A DNA stretch of 62,337 nt, counting the filler. It is 5 parts of 5 records of this genome, joined end to end, with 100 filler letters (N's around TTAATTAATTAA, not from the genome) between each part and the next. Parts side by side here need not be neighbours in the genome. Positions count along the whole stretch, not along the records: positions 1 to 23,703 come from DRR723986_4761; 4 more parts are not named here. One strand, written 5' to 3'. A model generated the notes under the pieces. It saw only the letters and a list, made by a program, of their open reading frames with translations, was not told where the DNA came from and did no database searches. Shown here piece after piece: positions 1-9,558 of this stretch. Positions within the stretch are counted from its first letter, which is position 1; every line of letters starts with the position of its first letter. The position numbers and the translations under genes are program-made.

Positions 1-346
1 GGCCAGCGTTGTTTGATAGCCGATCGCTCTAGAAGGAGGCGCCCATGGGACAGCGCCAGATTTGCAGTGGGGGTTCCACCGGCCAGGGCGTAATCCGCCG
101 GATGAATTTGGCGTGGGCTCGGGCGCAAGGGACTGAAGCAGGCCGGCCGCCAGACAGGCACAGGAGAATCGCGCAATCGATCGGGTATGTCTGCGCGCGG
201 GCGGGCGTCGGTAGAGAAAGGCCTGTCACAGTCAAAGCGACTGCGACCGAGGGGAGAAGCTTCTTGAGTAAATGACGCAGGCTGAGGACCCTCTGTGATA
301 GATCTCAGCCTATATACGAAAATATACTATCGCAACACTAAGTATA

Positions 347-374
347 AAAACGCATAATAAAGTTTATGTTAATT
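347..374. other. dif-like XerC/XerD recombination site
   Basis: AAAACGCATAA-TAAAGT-TTATGTTAATT has the 11+6+11 layout of E. coli dif (GGTGCGCATAA-TGTATA-TTATGTTAAAT). The XerD arm matches 10/11 and the CGCATAA core of the XerC arm is intact. Confidence 0.7.
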
Positions 375-698
375 GTGCCGCTGTATCGAAATCAACACAC
401 GGCCTGCTCAGCTAGATCTGCTAATCAGAGAAAGCGTAGAGCAAGTCCGTTCGATCCTCCTTCGGTGCTACCATGAATTTAGGAACCCAACGCAGCACCG
501 CAATGAATTCTCGTTGCGATTTTCTTGATCGGCCACCAAACAGCTCCCAAACCCCACAGAGAGGTAATCCTATGATGAATGCATGGCCCTGCTCGAACCA
601 TAGATCTTAAGTCGTACGCGATGGGGTGGACGCCCCCCGGCGGCATCGAATGTGCCAAGGTAACGGGTGTTGAAGCACCGCTACGAGGGAGAGCGTCC

Positions 699-1719
699 AT
701 GAACGCGGTTAACATCATCGGCCTGGATTTGGCCAAGAACGTATTTCAGGCGCATGGCGCCGGGGCAGACGGGTCCGTTGTATTCCGGCGCAAGCTGTCG
801 CGTGTGCAGCTGGTGAAATTTTTGGGTGATCAGCCGCCTTGCGTAGTGGCGATGGAGGCCTGTGCGAGCGCCCATCACTGGGGGCGGGCAATAGGCGATC
901 TCGGTCACGAAGTTCGGCTAATTCCGCCAGCCTACGTCAAGCCTTTCGTGAAGCGTCAGAAATACGACATGGCCGATGCGGAGGCGATCGCTGAGGCAGC
1001 GTCGCGTCCGACCATGCAGTTTGTTGCAGTGAAGAGCGAGGCCCAGCAGGCGGCGGCAATGGCTTATCGCACTCGCGATCTTTTGGTTCGACAGCGCACC
1101 CAGACGATCAACGCCCTGCAGGCCCACTTGGCCGAGCAGGGAATTGTTGCGCCTGTCGGTCCTGCCCATGTCGGCCGCCTGGCCGCAGTTGTCGAGGGCG
1201 ACGACGGCGCGTTGCCTGCGGCGGTGCGAGATCTGGCGCGACTGCTTCTGGACCAGATCGCAGGTTTGAGCGAGAAGGTCGCGGAATTGGATGCTGAACT
1301 ACGCAGACGTGTTGGCACTGACGATACCGCGAGACGATTGACCACTATTCCGGGCATTGGTCCGATCACCGCTGCGGCGATTACCACCTTCGCGCCGCCA
1401 ATGGAGACCTTCTCGAAAGGCCGGGACTTTGCGGCCTGGGTCGGCCTTACACCGAGACGGCATTCGAGCGGTGGCAAGGAACGGCTTGGCCGAACATCGA
1501 AGATGGGCCAGCGCGACATCCGAAGATTGCTGATCGTCGGCGCTGTCGCAGTGGTCCGCCCGCAAAGGTGCGGTCGAAGGTTCGTGGCTGGCGCGGATGT
1601 TGGAGCGCAAGCCCAAGATGCTGGTCGCGGTGGCACTGGCCAACCGCATGGCCCGAACGGCCTGGGCGCTGATGCGCAAGGGCGAAGATTACCGAGATCC
1701 GGCGATGGCGGCCGCGTAG
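699..1719 (+). pseudogene. IS110-family DEDD recombinase/transposase, frameshifted
   Basis: Motifs IGLDLAKNVFQ, VAMEAC, KyDMADAEAI and GLTPRRHSSGGK. The frame breaks at about 1558-1562 after GAVAVVR. The conserved C-terminus (RKGAVEGSWLARMLERKPKMLVAVALANRMARTAWAL...DPAMAAA*) continues in another frame to TAG at 1717-1719. Confidence 0.85.
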
Positions 1720-1966
1720 GTCAAGATCGCCGGGGTGTCGCCGCGAATGTGAGCAGGACGGAGGAACGTAAGGGCAAACGGTCAAGAGACCGGATCGGGA
1801 AAACCATCATTCCGGACGATGCGCCATCGAGCGCGGGTAAGCGAACTGGACCCGATCTGCATATCTGCATACAGGCCCGCGGCGCTTGAAAGGCCGCACC
1901 TTCGAGGCCGGACACACGACCGCACCTGATCACATGCCCAAACGTTCCAAAAAATGCTTGCATTCA
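1720..1966 (+). ncRNA. putative bridge RNA/seekRNA of the IS1111 element
   Basis: Non-coding right-end region with stems CGGTC/GACCG (1779-1792), GATCGGG/CCCGATC (1793-1799/1851-1857) and GCGC/GCGC (1821-1834). Loop segments match the flanking target and the IS right end. Exact RNA ends are unknown. Confidence 0.65.
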
Positions 1967-2025
1967 GGGAGGCGTCCACACACGTCCGGCCATGCTGCTC
2001 TGACGCCTCATAGAGTGTGTTGATA

Positions 2026-3469
2026 GGGGAGTGGGCAAAACCTGGGAGTCTTTGTCTATGATGGTGGTTGCACAATGGGGGAATTGCCATGGATTTGCGG
2101 ATCATCGTCGAGACGACATTTGAGAACGGAACCACGAGGACGCAGCGCCTGGGACGCTTGTCCCGCCCATTTCGAAGTACTCAGCCCGAGGGTTTCGGGA
2201 TGCTGCTCGAAGATGCAAAATCCATGCTTTGGCAATTGCAGCAAGCCATCCTGCTTGACCAAATTGATGAGATCTCTGAGGCGAGTAGGGTCTGTCCTGA
2301 TTGCAACAAGCTCAGAGCGATCCATGACTATCGCCCCAGAATTTTGGACACATTGTTCGGTCGGTTTCGCGTCAAGGCGCCGCGTATTCGTCGTTGCGCC
2401 TGCAACGCCAAGTCCGAGGATACCCTTGGTGGACCACTGTCGCCGATGGCCCGTTTCTTTCCGGACCGATCGACACTTGAATTGCAGCGCCTTCAAGCCG
2501 AGCTTGGTGCGCGGCATTCGTTTCGAGAAGCAGCGCGTATAATGGAGGTATTTCTACCATGCGCTAAGCAGACCAATACCTCGGTGCGTAACCGCCTCGG
2601 AAAGATCGCAATGAAAATCAGTGACAGCGCGCGTGCAGAACCGGTTGTCCCGTCCACAGGTAAAAACGCAACTCCGGTGACGGTCTTTCTCGACGGCGCG
2701 CATATTCGGAGCAGGCCGGAATACCAGAAACGGCACCTGGATGTGGTGGTCGGCAAGATCGAGAGCGCGCACATGTGCCGTCGTTTCGGGCTTGTGCAGC
2801 AGGCCGCTCAATCACCAGCGAGGCAGCTACGGCAAGACCTGCAAGCAACTGGATGGGACGGCGAGAGCCCGGTTACGGTAATTTCGGATCGAGAACCCGC
2901 ATTGCCCAATCTCGTGCGCTACGCTGTCGGCGGGCCAGTTCGCCATATCCTTGACTGGTGGCACATCTCGATGCGGGTAAACATGTTGAGAACGCCGTGA
3001 GGGGGCTGCTGCAAGCCAAGAATTTCGCGGGTATTCCGGTACTGTTCTGCCGGCCCGCAGAGCGGTTGCGATGGTATCTGTGGCATGGAAAGGTGCGAGT
3101 CGCCACGACGGTCCTTCGATGGCTCAAGACCGATTGCGAGCGCTTCTGCAAGGATGATCCGGAAGTGCGCGATGCGACTGCACGCGTGCGAGCGCGCTGC
3201 CGGGAACTTTATACCTATCTGGCAAACAACATGGGAAGCATGACTAATTATGGGCGGCGATATCGCAATGGTCTTGCGATCTCCTCGTCCCGCGCTGAAG
3301 GCTGCGTAGACGACATTGGCAACGCGCGCATGGGAAAACGTCGACGCATGAGATGGTCACCCAAAGGCGCGCACAGAGTCGCTGTCGTTAGAGCCGCCGT
3401 TCTTGATGGAAGGTTGACCGGCGAATACCGGCGGGCCGCTGCATAACCCCCAAGTTTTGCCCACTCCCC
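2026..3469 (+). mobile_element. ISKra4-family insertion sequence
   Basis: 22-bp terminal inverted repeats GGGGAGTGGGCAAAACCTGGGA (2026-2047) and 3448-3469, 20/22 match, enclose the transposase. No flanking direct repeat seen. Confidence 0.85.
2089..3446 (+). pseudogene. ISKra4-family DDE transposase, frameshifted
   Basis: CPDC/RRCAC zinc-like region, VFLDGAH, VISDrEP, HILDWWHISMR, ISSSRAEG and MRWSPKGAH. An apparent 1-nt loss at about 2980 (GTAAACAT, expected V-K-H) splits it into the tracked ORFs 2068-3000 and 2958-3446. Confidence 0.85.
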
Positions 3470-3512
3470 ATGAAGCCTTCGGGATCTTCTATGTGACTGC
3501 CTCGGGTTTTCT

Positions 3513-5168
3513 TTAGGCTAGGCGGCTCTTCAGCAAATCACCGGATTTAAGAAGGATGGGGTGGCCCACCATCGAAAATGCAGTGTTTATCTGCTTGAGG
3601 GCGCGCAGCGTTTCTTGGTGGAAGTTGCTTGTCTCGATGCTCTCGGTAAGCCCTTCCCGCAGGCGAACGATGTGGCTGCGTTGCAGTTTCTGTTCGACTT
3701 TGCGCACTTTCTCCTTGGCGGCCACAAGCTCGCGCGCCTCAGCCGGGTTCTGGTTCATCATCACATTCAAGGCGAGTTGCACGTTGCTTTGGACACGGTC
3801 CGCAAAATCGCGGATTTCTTCGCGCCCTTGCGGCGAGAATTGAAGGTTTTGAATATGCAGACGCTTGGCAAGCTCCAGCATGATCCGTGCGATGGCGTCG
3901 GATGCGGAATCGAGGCTGGATGAAATAGACGCAAGTTCCATCGAGCGGCGGCTGAGATCTTCGTTCATGCCTCTTTGACCGAGGCGGGCGAGATAGAGTT
4001 TAATTTCAAGGTGCGTTTGTTTGATTGCCGTGTCCTGTTTGGCGATCAGGGCCGCGGTCGCACCGTTCCACTGGTCATAGAGGGGTACGACCGCAAGCAG
4101 CATCAGTTCGATCTTCTGGCCCATTCCAAGTAACTCGCGCGCGGCACAATCAATGGCGCGCTGGGGCCGGTCCAGCAATGCAGAATCAAGTGCGCTGGCA
4201 GCAGTTAAAGCAGCGTCCGGCCCGGGTTCTTCTGCCATAACATAGGACAGCGCAGCCGTTATTGGCCCCACAAACGGAAGCGCCACAAGCGCCAGAGACA
4301 GGTTGAAAACGAGGTGCAGATTGATCGTTTGCCTGGCGGGCGCCGCGCCAAACAGGTTCAAGAGGTCTGGCATGCCGACAATTAAGAGAACCGCCAGCGT
4401 GGCGCCACCGCCCCGCAGGATCAAATTGCCCATGACCACCCGCCGCACCTCAACGGGTGCGGTATAGGTCAGCATGAAAGCGATCAATCCCCCGCCCAGG
4501 TTCGCGCCCAAGACCATTGTCGCGGCTGCGGCGGTTGGCAATATGGACTGTCCCGCCAGCGTGACAAACAGCAAGACCGCCGCGACACTGGAGTGGACCC
4601 CCCAAGCGAGCACTGCGCCGATAACAAAGGCCGTCATCAGGTCCCGCCCGAGATAGGCCATGATGACCTGTGTCGCGGGGTTGGCTATCATCGGTTCCGT
4701 CGCGCTGCGGATCATATCCAGGGATACAAAGATTAGCGCGAGACCGATCATGATCCGGCCAATTTGCCGCGTATTGCCGCCCTCACCGCGCAAAAACACG
4801 GTGACCCCGATAACAAGTAACAGTGGTATCAGGAAGGGTTGCCGCGCCATCAATAGCTGAGTAACCACTGCAGATCCGACGTCGGCACCCAGCACTATGG
4901 CCAGCCCGGCCGCAGTCGCGAGCCCACCCTTGCTCACAAAATTGGACACCAGAACGGCGACGGCGGTAGAACTCTGCAAGAAAACGGCTGCCAACATGCC
5001 GGTTCCGGCAGCAAGCAATCGGTTCTTTGTGGAGTGCCGCAGCCAGATAAGCATGGGTGCAGCAAACCCACGTTCAACCCCGGTGCGCACCAATCGCACA
5101 GCCCAGATCAAGAGGGCTGCAGCCCCCGCAATATGGATCAGAGTTTGAATTACATGCGGTTCGTTCAC
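3513..5168 (-). CDS. Na/Pi cotransporter family protein with C-terminal PhoU-like domains
   Basis: Repeated LQSSTA...GADVG and VHSSVA...GANLG signatures, hydrophobic N-terminal half, helical C-terminal ESIETSxxH motif. Confidence 0.9.
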   Translation of the reverse strand: MNEPHVIQTLIHIAGAAALLIWAVRLVRTGVERGFAAPMLIWLRHSTKNRLLAAGTGMLAAVFLQSSTAVAVLVSNFVSKGGLATAAGLAIVLGADVGSAVVTQLLMARQPFLIPLLLVIGVTVFLRGEGGNTRQIGRIMIGLALIFVSLDMIRSATEPMIANPATQVIMAYLGRDLMTAFVIGAVLAWGVHSSVAAVLLFVTLAGQSILPTAAAATMVLGANLGGGLIAFMLTYTAPVEVRRVVMGNLILRGGGATLAVLLIVGMPDLLNLFGAAPARQTINLHLVFNLSLALVALPFVGPITAALSYVMAEEPGPDAALTAASALDSALLDRPQRAIDCAARELLGMGQKIELMLLAVVPLYDQWNGATAALIAKQDTAIKQTHLEIKLYLARLGQRGMNEDLSRRSMELASISSSLDSASDAIARIMLELAKRLHIQNLQFSPQGREEIRDFADRVQSNVQLALNVMMNQNPAEARELVAAKEKVRKVEQKLQRSHIVRLREGLTESIETSNFHQETLRALKQINTAFSMVGHPILLKSGDLLKSRLA

Positions 5169-5227
5169 GAGCGTGTTTGCTTTCGTTTGCTGGTCTCAAA
5201 AGGCAGACGGATCAGCTGCGGGCCAAG

Positions 5228-6040
5228 TTATCTTGATGATGCACCACGCAGCACGGCCAAAGCACTTGCGTGCAGTTGCGGCGTTGATGCGGCGAGAAAT
5301 TCCCCTTGATGCTCAAGTTGGGGGGCGTTGCCGCTCCAATCGCTCACCACCCCACCGGCACCTTCGATCACCGGGATTTGCGCTGCGATGTCATATGCAT
5401 GAACGCCTGTCTCGACCAGCAGATCAATTTGACCGATGGCCAGCAAACCGGCCGCATAACAATCATGCGAATATCGTGTGAGCATGACAGCCTTGCGCAG
5501 GGTGGCGAATTTTTTGGCGTTTTCTTCAGAAAAGAGGAAGGGATCAGAGGTATACATAACCGCATTCGGCAAGTCCCGGCAGGAACTTACTGTCGCTATT
5601 TGATCATTGAGCCGCGTGCTTGTCGCATTTTCAGAGAACCAGCGTTCACCGGTGATCGGCTGGTCTATCAGGCCCAGAACCGGCCTGCCAAGATATGTCA
5701 CCGCGATTTGTGTACCAAAGCAAAGCGACCCGGACAGGAAAGACTTTGTCCCATCGATCGGATCCAGATGCCAACACCATTCCGCCGACGTCTGGTGGTC
5801 AGAAAACTCCTCACCTCGAATGCCGTGGTCAGGAAAGGCCGCGCATATTCTGTCCCGTAAGACCAGTTCGATCTCGCGGTCTGCGATGGTCACCGGGCTT
5901 TCATCCTGTTTGCTCGCAACCTCGGGCCTCGTACGAAAGTACTGTCTTGCAATGCGACCGACTTCGTCAGCCATGCCCATAGCCAGCGCCGCAGCCCCGT
6001 TGGGCGTCACAACAGGCGTGTGGTTTTTCATATCCATCAT
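5228..6040 (-). CDS. inositol monophosphatase family phosphatase (HisN-like)
   Basis: SPVTIAD, GEE, WHLDPIDGTKSF and YDIAA..PVIEGAGG motifs. The start overlaps the upstream stop (ATGA at 6037-6040). Confidence 0.88.
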   Translation of the reverse strand: MMDMKNHTPVVTPNGAAALAMGMADEVGRIARQYFRTRPEVASKQDESPVTIADREIELVLRDRICAAFPDHGIRGEEFSDHQTSAEWCWHLDPIDGTKSFLSGSLCFGTQIAVTYLGRPVLGLIDQPITGERWFSENATSTRLNDQIATVSSCRDLPNAVMYTSDPFLFSEENAKKFATLRKAVMLTRYSHDCYAAGLLAIGQIDLLVETGVHAYDIAAQIPVIEGAGGVVSDWSGNAPQLEHQGEFLAASTPQLHASALAVLRGASSR

Positions 6041-7065
6041 GAGTTTGCCCCAATTATTTGGGTTGCATGTTCGCGCAACCGTTTCAAAAGCGCCTCTATG
6101 TGAATGCAAAGGTGTTCGGCATCGGACACTTCGCGCGCAAGGACTTCTTGCAGCTTGGCGTCTGGCGCAAGTTTGGTTTCGCTGACGGCGCGATGAGGGA
6201 TGAATGGGTCGTCTCCTTCGCCCGGAAAACGAAAGGCTGGCGAACAATAGCCGACTTCTTCCTCCAGCCCAAAAGCCCGCACTTGTGGTATGTCATTGCC
6301 CAACAAGAGCAACTCCATAAGCAGCCGCGCCTGAGGAATGTCCCCTTCGCCACTGCGACAACACTGTTGCGCCCAGCCGCCTTGGTCTTCGACAATCCTC
6401 GCGTCCTTGATATGCACGTCGGTGATATGCGCAGCCATGGCCCGCAGCGCGTCGAGCGGGCGCTCGTAGGCATTGATCATATTGGTGAAGTCGAACATCA
6501 GCGACAGATTGGGGTTGCCGACCGCCTCAACAATCTGGACCAGTTCTGCCCCTGTCAGGTCTTCATGCTGCTCTAGCGTGAACCGGAAAGTCCCATCAGG
6601 ATCAAGCTCTTGCAAGTGGCGCAAATCATCAACCGCCCTCGCAATGACGGAGGAAACCCGGCCTTCGTATCGGGGATAGCACCGAATGGACGTGGCGCCC
6701 GTCTGATGCCCGATTGAAACGGCTGTACGCAACGACGTCACTTCGGTCTCGCTGATTTCCAGGTGTACGTCGAGCCCCAGTTTTCTTGCCTTTAGCCCAA
6801 AGCGCGCGAGACCATCGGCATCCATGCGACCAAGGCTGGCCTCTTCGCCGTCCTCAAGATGAATCTTGACGCCGCTGTGTTTGTGTTTCGCCGCGAAATC
6901 CAACAAGTCGGACGGCGTGTAACCACCATACCGGAAATTCAGGTGCAATGAGTAAGCATGTGTATAAAGCGCGATTGCGTCGATCCGGTCGATCAGCGTC
7001 TCGGCAGCCTGAACAGACAGGGGCGAAAGTACTGCATCCTCCGTGGTTTCTGCACGCGCCATCAT
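6037..7065 (-). CDS. yihM: YihM-like TIM-barrel metalloenzyme (AP endonuclease 2 / sugar-phosphate isomerase fold)
   Basis: LYTHAYSLHLN, GVKIHLEDGE, YPRYEG, TLEQHEDL, FDFTNMINA, VHIKDA and FGLEEEV..PAFRF closely recall E. coli YihM. Translationally coupled to a yihL-like gene. Confidence 0.75.
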   Translation of the reverse strand: MMARAETTEDAVLSPLSVQAAETLIDRIDAIALYTHAYSLHLNFRYGGYTPSDLLDFAAKHKHSGVKIHLEDGEEASLGRMDADGLARFGLKARKLGLDVHLEISETEVTSLRTAVSIGHQTGATSIRCYPRYEGRVSSVIARAVDDLRHLQELDPDGTFRFTLEQHEDLTGAELVQIVEAVGNPNLSLMFDFTNMINAYERPLDALRAMAAHITDVHIKDARIVEDQGGWAQQCCRSGEGDIPQARLLMELLLLGNDIPQVRAFGLEEEVGYCSPAFRFPGEGDDPFIPHRAVSETKLAPDAKLQEVLAREVSDAEHLCIHIEALLKRLREHATQIIGANS

Positions 7066-7781
7066 AGGCTAAACCGGATCTCCAGGGCTTCGAAACGCCA
7101 GAATTCGCGATCAATCTGTATCACACGGCCCTGAGCATCCGATTTCACCCGACGAATATAAAGACCGGGAGCTCCGCTTGTGCATCCAAGCACCTGTTGC
7201 GGATCGCCCTCCAGTCTGACCGGACGGATCATCAAATCGGTCAACTTGGGCTCGATCCCGTAATCTTCCGTCCAAACTGCGGTAAATGAACGGTCCGCCA
7301 GCTTTTCCGCATAGTCGGGAGCGACAGAGCTATTGATCTGCACATCGTGCACAAATATCCGGTGCCCGTTAAACGCGCCCCATCCCTGAACCCTCAGAAG
7401 CGGCGCGCCCTCGGCAATACCGAACCGGGCAGCATCTGCTCCGGTCGCTGCGACGTATTCCTTGCTGGTATCAAGCCAATTGGCCGAACCTTGGCCGGCA
7501 GCAGCCTGCTGAAAGCTGACATGCTGTTGCGGGTCATAGATGAACCGAGGCTGAGAAATATACCAACCCCGCCGGTCAATGCGAAAAATTGAACCTTCGT
7601 TTTCAAGTGCCAACAAAGCCTGCCGCAAAGACATCCGTTTGACGCCCAGCATATCGGCCAATTCGCGTTCGGTTGGGAGTTTCTCGCCCGGTTTCCAGCG
7701 CGATTCGTTTAGGGCTGCCTTGAGGTTTCGAAGTGCCTTCCCGGCCCAAGTTTCCTGATCGGCTCCCAAATTTGCGTTCAT
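7062..7781 (-). CDS. yihL: GntR/HutC-family regulator with UTRA domain, YihL-like (PhnR-related)
   Basis: KLPTERELADMLGVKRMSLRQALL HTH. IFRIDRRGW..QPRF, GWGA..GH and IQIDREFWRFEA closely recall E. coli YihL. Confidence 0.78.
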   Translation of the reverse strand: MNANLGADQETWAGKALRNLKAALNESRWKPGEKLPTERELADMLGVKRMSLRQALLALENEGSIFRIDRRGWYISQPRFIYDPQQHVSFQQAAAGQGSANWLDTSKEYVAATGADAARFGIAEGAPLLRVQGWGAFNGHRIFVHDVQINSSVAPDYAEKLADRSFTAVWTEDYGIEPKLTDLMIRPVRLEGDPQQVLGCTSGAPGLYIRRVKSDAQGRVIQIDREFWRFEALEIRFSL

Positions 7782-7870
7782 TTTTTGCTCAAATTCCCAT
7801 TTCGGAGCCGAATTCTCTGACCACTTACATGAAACTGTTGCATTGGCGCGGTAACAAGCGCAAGCTATTC

Positions 7871-7884
7871 TTGGTTTAAACCAA
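7871..7884. promoter_or_regulatory. candidate operator of the YihL-like regulator
   Basis: Perfect palindrome TTGGTTTAAACCAA in the divergent intergenic region, fitting the HutC-subfamily GT-N-TA-N-AC pattern. Confidence 0.65.
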
Positions 7885-7957
7885 TAATGGAAAACATTCA
7901 ACCGTGACCTGTTCACTTGGACAGGAAAACACGATGGCAACTTGGAGGAATAAGAGG

Positions 7958-9499
7958 ATGAACAAATCGATTTGGCGTACCTGCGCCCTGTTTTGTTCTT
8001 TGATGATCGCGGGCTCGGCAGCCTGGGCAGATGAACGCCCCAACCTGAATGTCGCGGTAACGCTCAACCCGCCACGCCTTGACCCAATGGCCGAAAACTC
8101 AAACGTAAACTCTCGCGTCATGAAAAACGTGCTGGAGACTTTGATCCGGACGGATTCACAAAATGACGGCGCGCTGGTCCCTGGCCTCGCCGAAAGCTGG
8201 AGCCGTATTGACGGGCGCACAGTAGAGTTCAAAATCCGTCCCGGCGTGACATGTCACAACGGCGAAGACTTTGATGCAAGCGATGTGGCCTTTAGCCTTG
8301 GGCCGATACGTTTCATGGGCGAAGATGCTCCGGGCTGGGCAATTGCACAGCAATACCTTGGCGGGCTTGAGGCGGTTGACGTCAAAGACAGCCACACCGT
8401 TCAAATCCGCTTCAAGGAGCGTGATCCGCTGATCGAATTGCGCTTTGCCAATTGGATGACGGAAATGGTCTGCCAGGACGCATATGAGGCGGCGGGCAGC
8501 TGGGAATCCTGGGTACAGAACCCTGTTGGAACCGGACCCTACAAAATTGGCGAAGTGGTGCATGGCGATTACATCCGCCTTGACGCAAATGACGCGTATT
8601 GGGGCGGCGCGGTCCCTGCTAACAGCGTGACCTTCAAGATCGTTCCTGAAATGGCCTCGCGCATTGCCGGTCTTACGACGGGTGAATACGACTTCATCAC
8701 CGAACTGACCGTTGATCAGTTCCCGGTGCTGGACGCAAATGAAGATCTGACCATCGCCGGCGGTCCGATCCGCAACATTCGCGTCATCATTTATGATGAA
8801 AACAACCCGCAGCTGCAGGACGTTCGCATTCGTCAAGCGTTAAGTCATGCCATTGACCGCGACCTGATTGTCGACGCCATGTTCGGCGGCCGCGTGACGG
8901 TTCCCAATGGACTTCAGATGAAAATCTTTGGCGATCTCTACATCGCGGATCATCAGGGCACTTCTTATGATCCTGAAAAGGCTAAGGCCCTTCTGAAAGA
9001 AGCGGGCTATAATGGCGAGGAAATCTCGTACCGGTATCTTCAGGACTACTACACCGGCGAAGTCGACACCGCACAGATCCTTGCCGAGATGTGGCGTCAG
9101 GTCGGGCTTAACATCAAGCTGGAGCTGGTCGAGAACTGGGGCCAGATCGAAGATGTTGCCGAAGGCCGTGGAATCTTCAACTGGTCGAACAGTGCCGAAT
9201 ATCCTGACCCACTTGGTCAGATCTATCGCCTCTACGGGCCCAATGGCTGGTTCCAAGTGAATGGCACTTACGAAAGCGAAGAGTTCAACGCCCTTGGCGA
9301 GGCGCTTCAGATCGGGGAGACGCCAGAAAGGATCGAAGCGATGCGCGCCATGCTTGAGATTTACGAGCGCACAGACCCGCCGGGCACCTACTTGCACACG
9401 TTGCCGATGTTCTACGGCGTGCGCAACACCATCAATTGGGTGCCGACGGATACTGGCTTCATGGATTTCAGCGCGAATTCCCTGAGCTTTTCCAACTGA
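7958..9499 (+). CDS. ABC transporter substrate-binding protein, family 5 (Dpp/Opp-like)
   Basis: Signal peptide, PGLAESW, HNGEDFDASDV, PVGTGPY and RQALSHAIDR. GGAGG RBS at 7944-7948. Confidence 0.9.
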   Translation: MNKSIWRTCALFCSLMIAGSAAWADERPNLNVAVTLNPPRLDPMAENSNVNSRVMKNVLETLIRTDSQNDGALVPGLAESWSRIDGRTVEFKIRPGVTCHNGEDFDASDVAFSLGPIRFMGEDAPGWAIAQQYLGGLEAVDVKDSHTVQIRFKERDPLIELRFANWMTEMVCQDAYEAAGSWESWVQNPVGTGPYKIGEVVHGDYIRLDANDAYWGGAVPANSVTFKIVPEMASRIAGLTTGEYDFITELTVDQFPVLDANEDLTIAGGPIRNIRVIIYDENNPQLQDVRIRQALSHAIDRDLIVDAMFGGRVTVPNGLQMKIFGDLYIADHQGTSYDPEKAKALLKEAGYNGEEISYRYLQDYYTGEVDTAQILAEMWRQVGLNIKLELVENWGQIEDVAEGRGIFNWSNSAEYPDPLGQIYRLYGPNGWFQVNGTYESEEFNALGEALQIGETPERIEAMRAMLEIYERTDPPGTYLHTLPMFYGVRNTINWVPTDTGFMDFSANSLSFSN

Positions 9500-9558
9500 C
9501 AAACCGGCAGGGCGGCTTTGGGTCGCCCCGCCAACCCTGCCCTCAGGAGCGCCAATCT

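Larger units (their letters stand above)
619..1984 (+). mobile_element. IS110-family (IS1111-type) insertion sequence
   Basis: Sub-terminal inverted repeats GTGGACGCCCCCC (626-638) and GGGAGGCGTCCAC (1967-1979), 12/13 match. CG core at both junctions (619-620, 1983-1984). Long non-coding region 3' of the recombinase gene. Confidence 0.85.

Noticed and set aside
29-275. Short ORFs at the window start
   Set aside because: No recognisable motifs; cannot be supported as genes.
579-1889. 436-aa tracked ORF as an intact extended transposase
   Set aside because: The N-terminal extension crosses the IS end, and the C-terminal part is out-of-frame read-through after the frameshift.
5228-6040. Calling the IMPase a housekeeping hisN
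   Set aside because: It is coupled to the yihM-like gene in an accessory island with no his genes, so the family-level call is safer.
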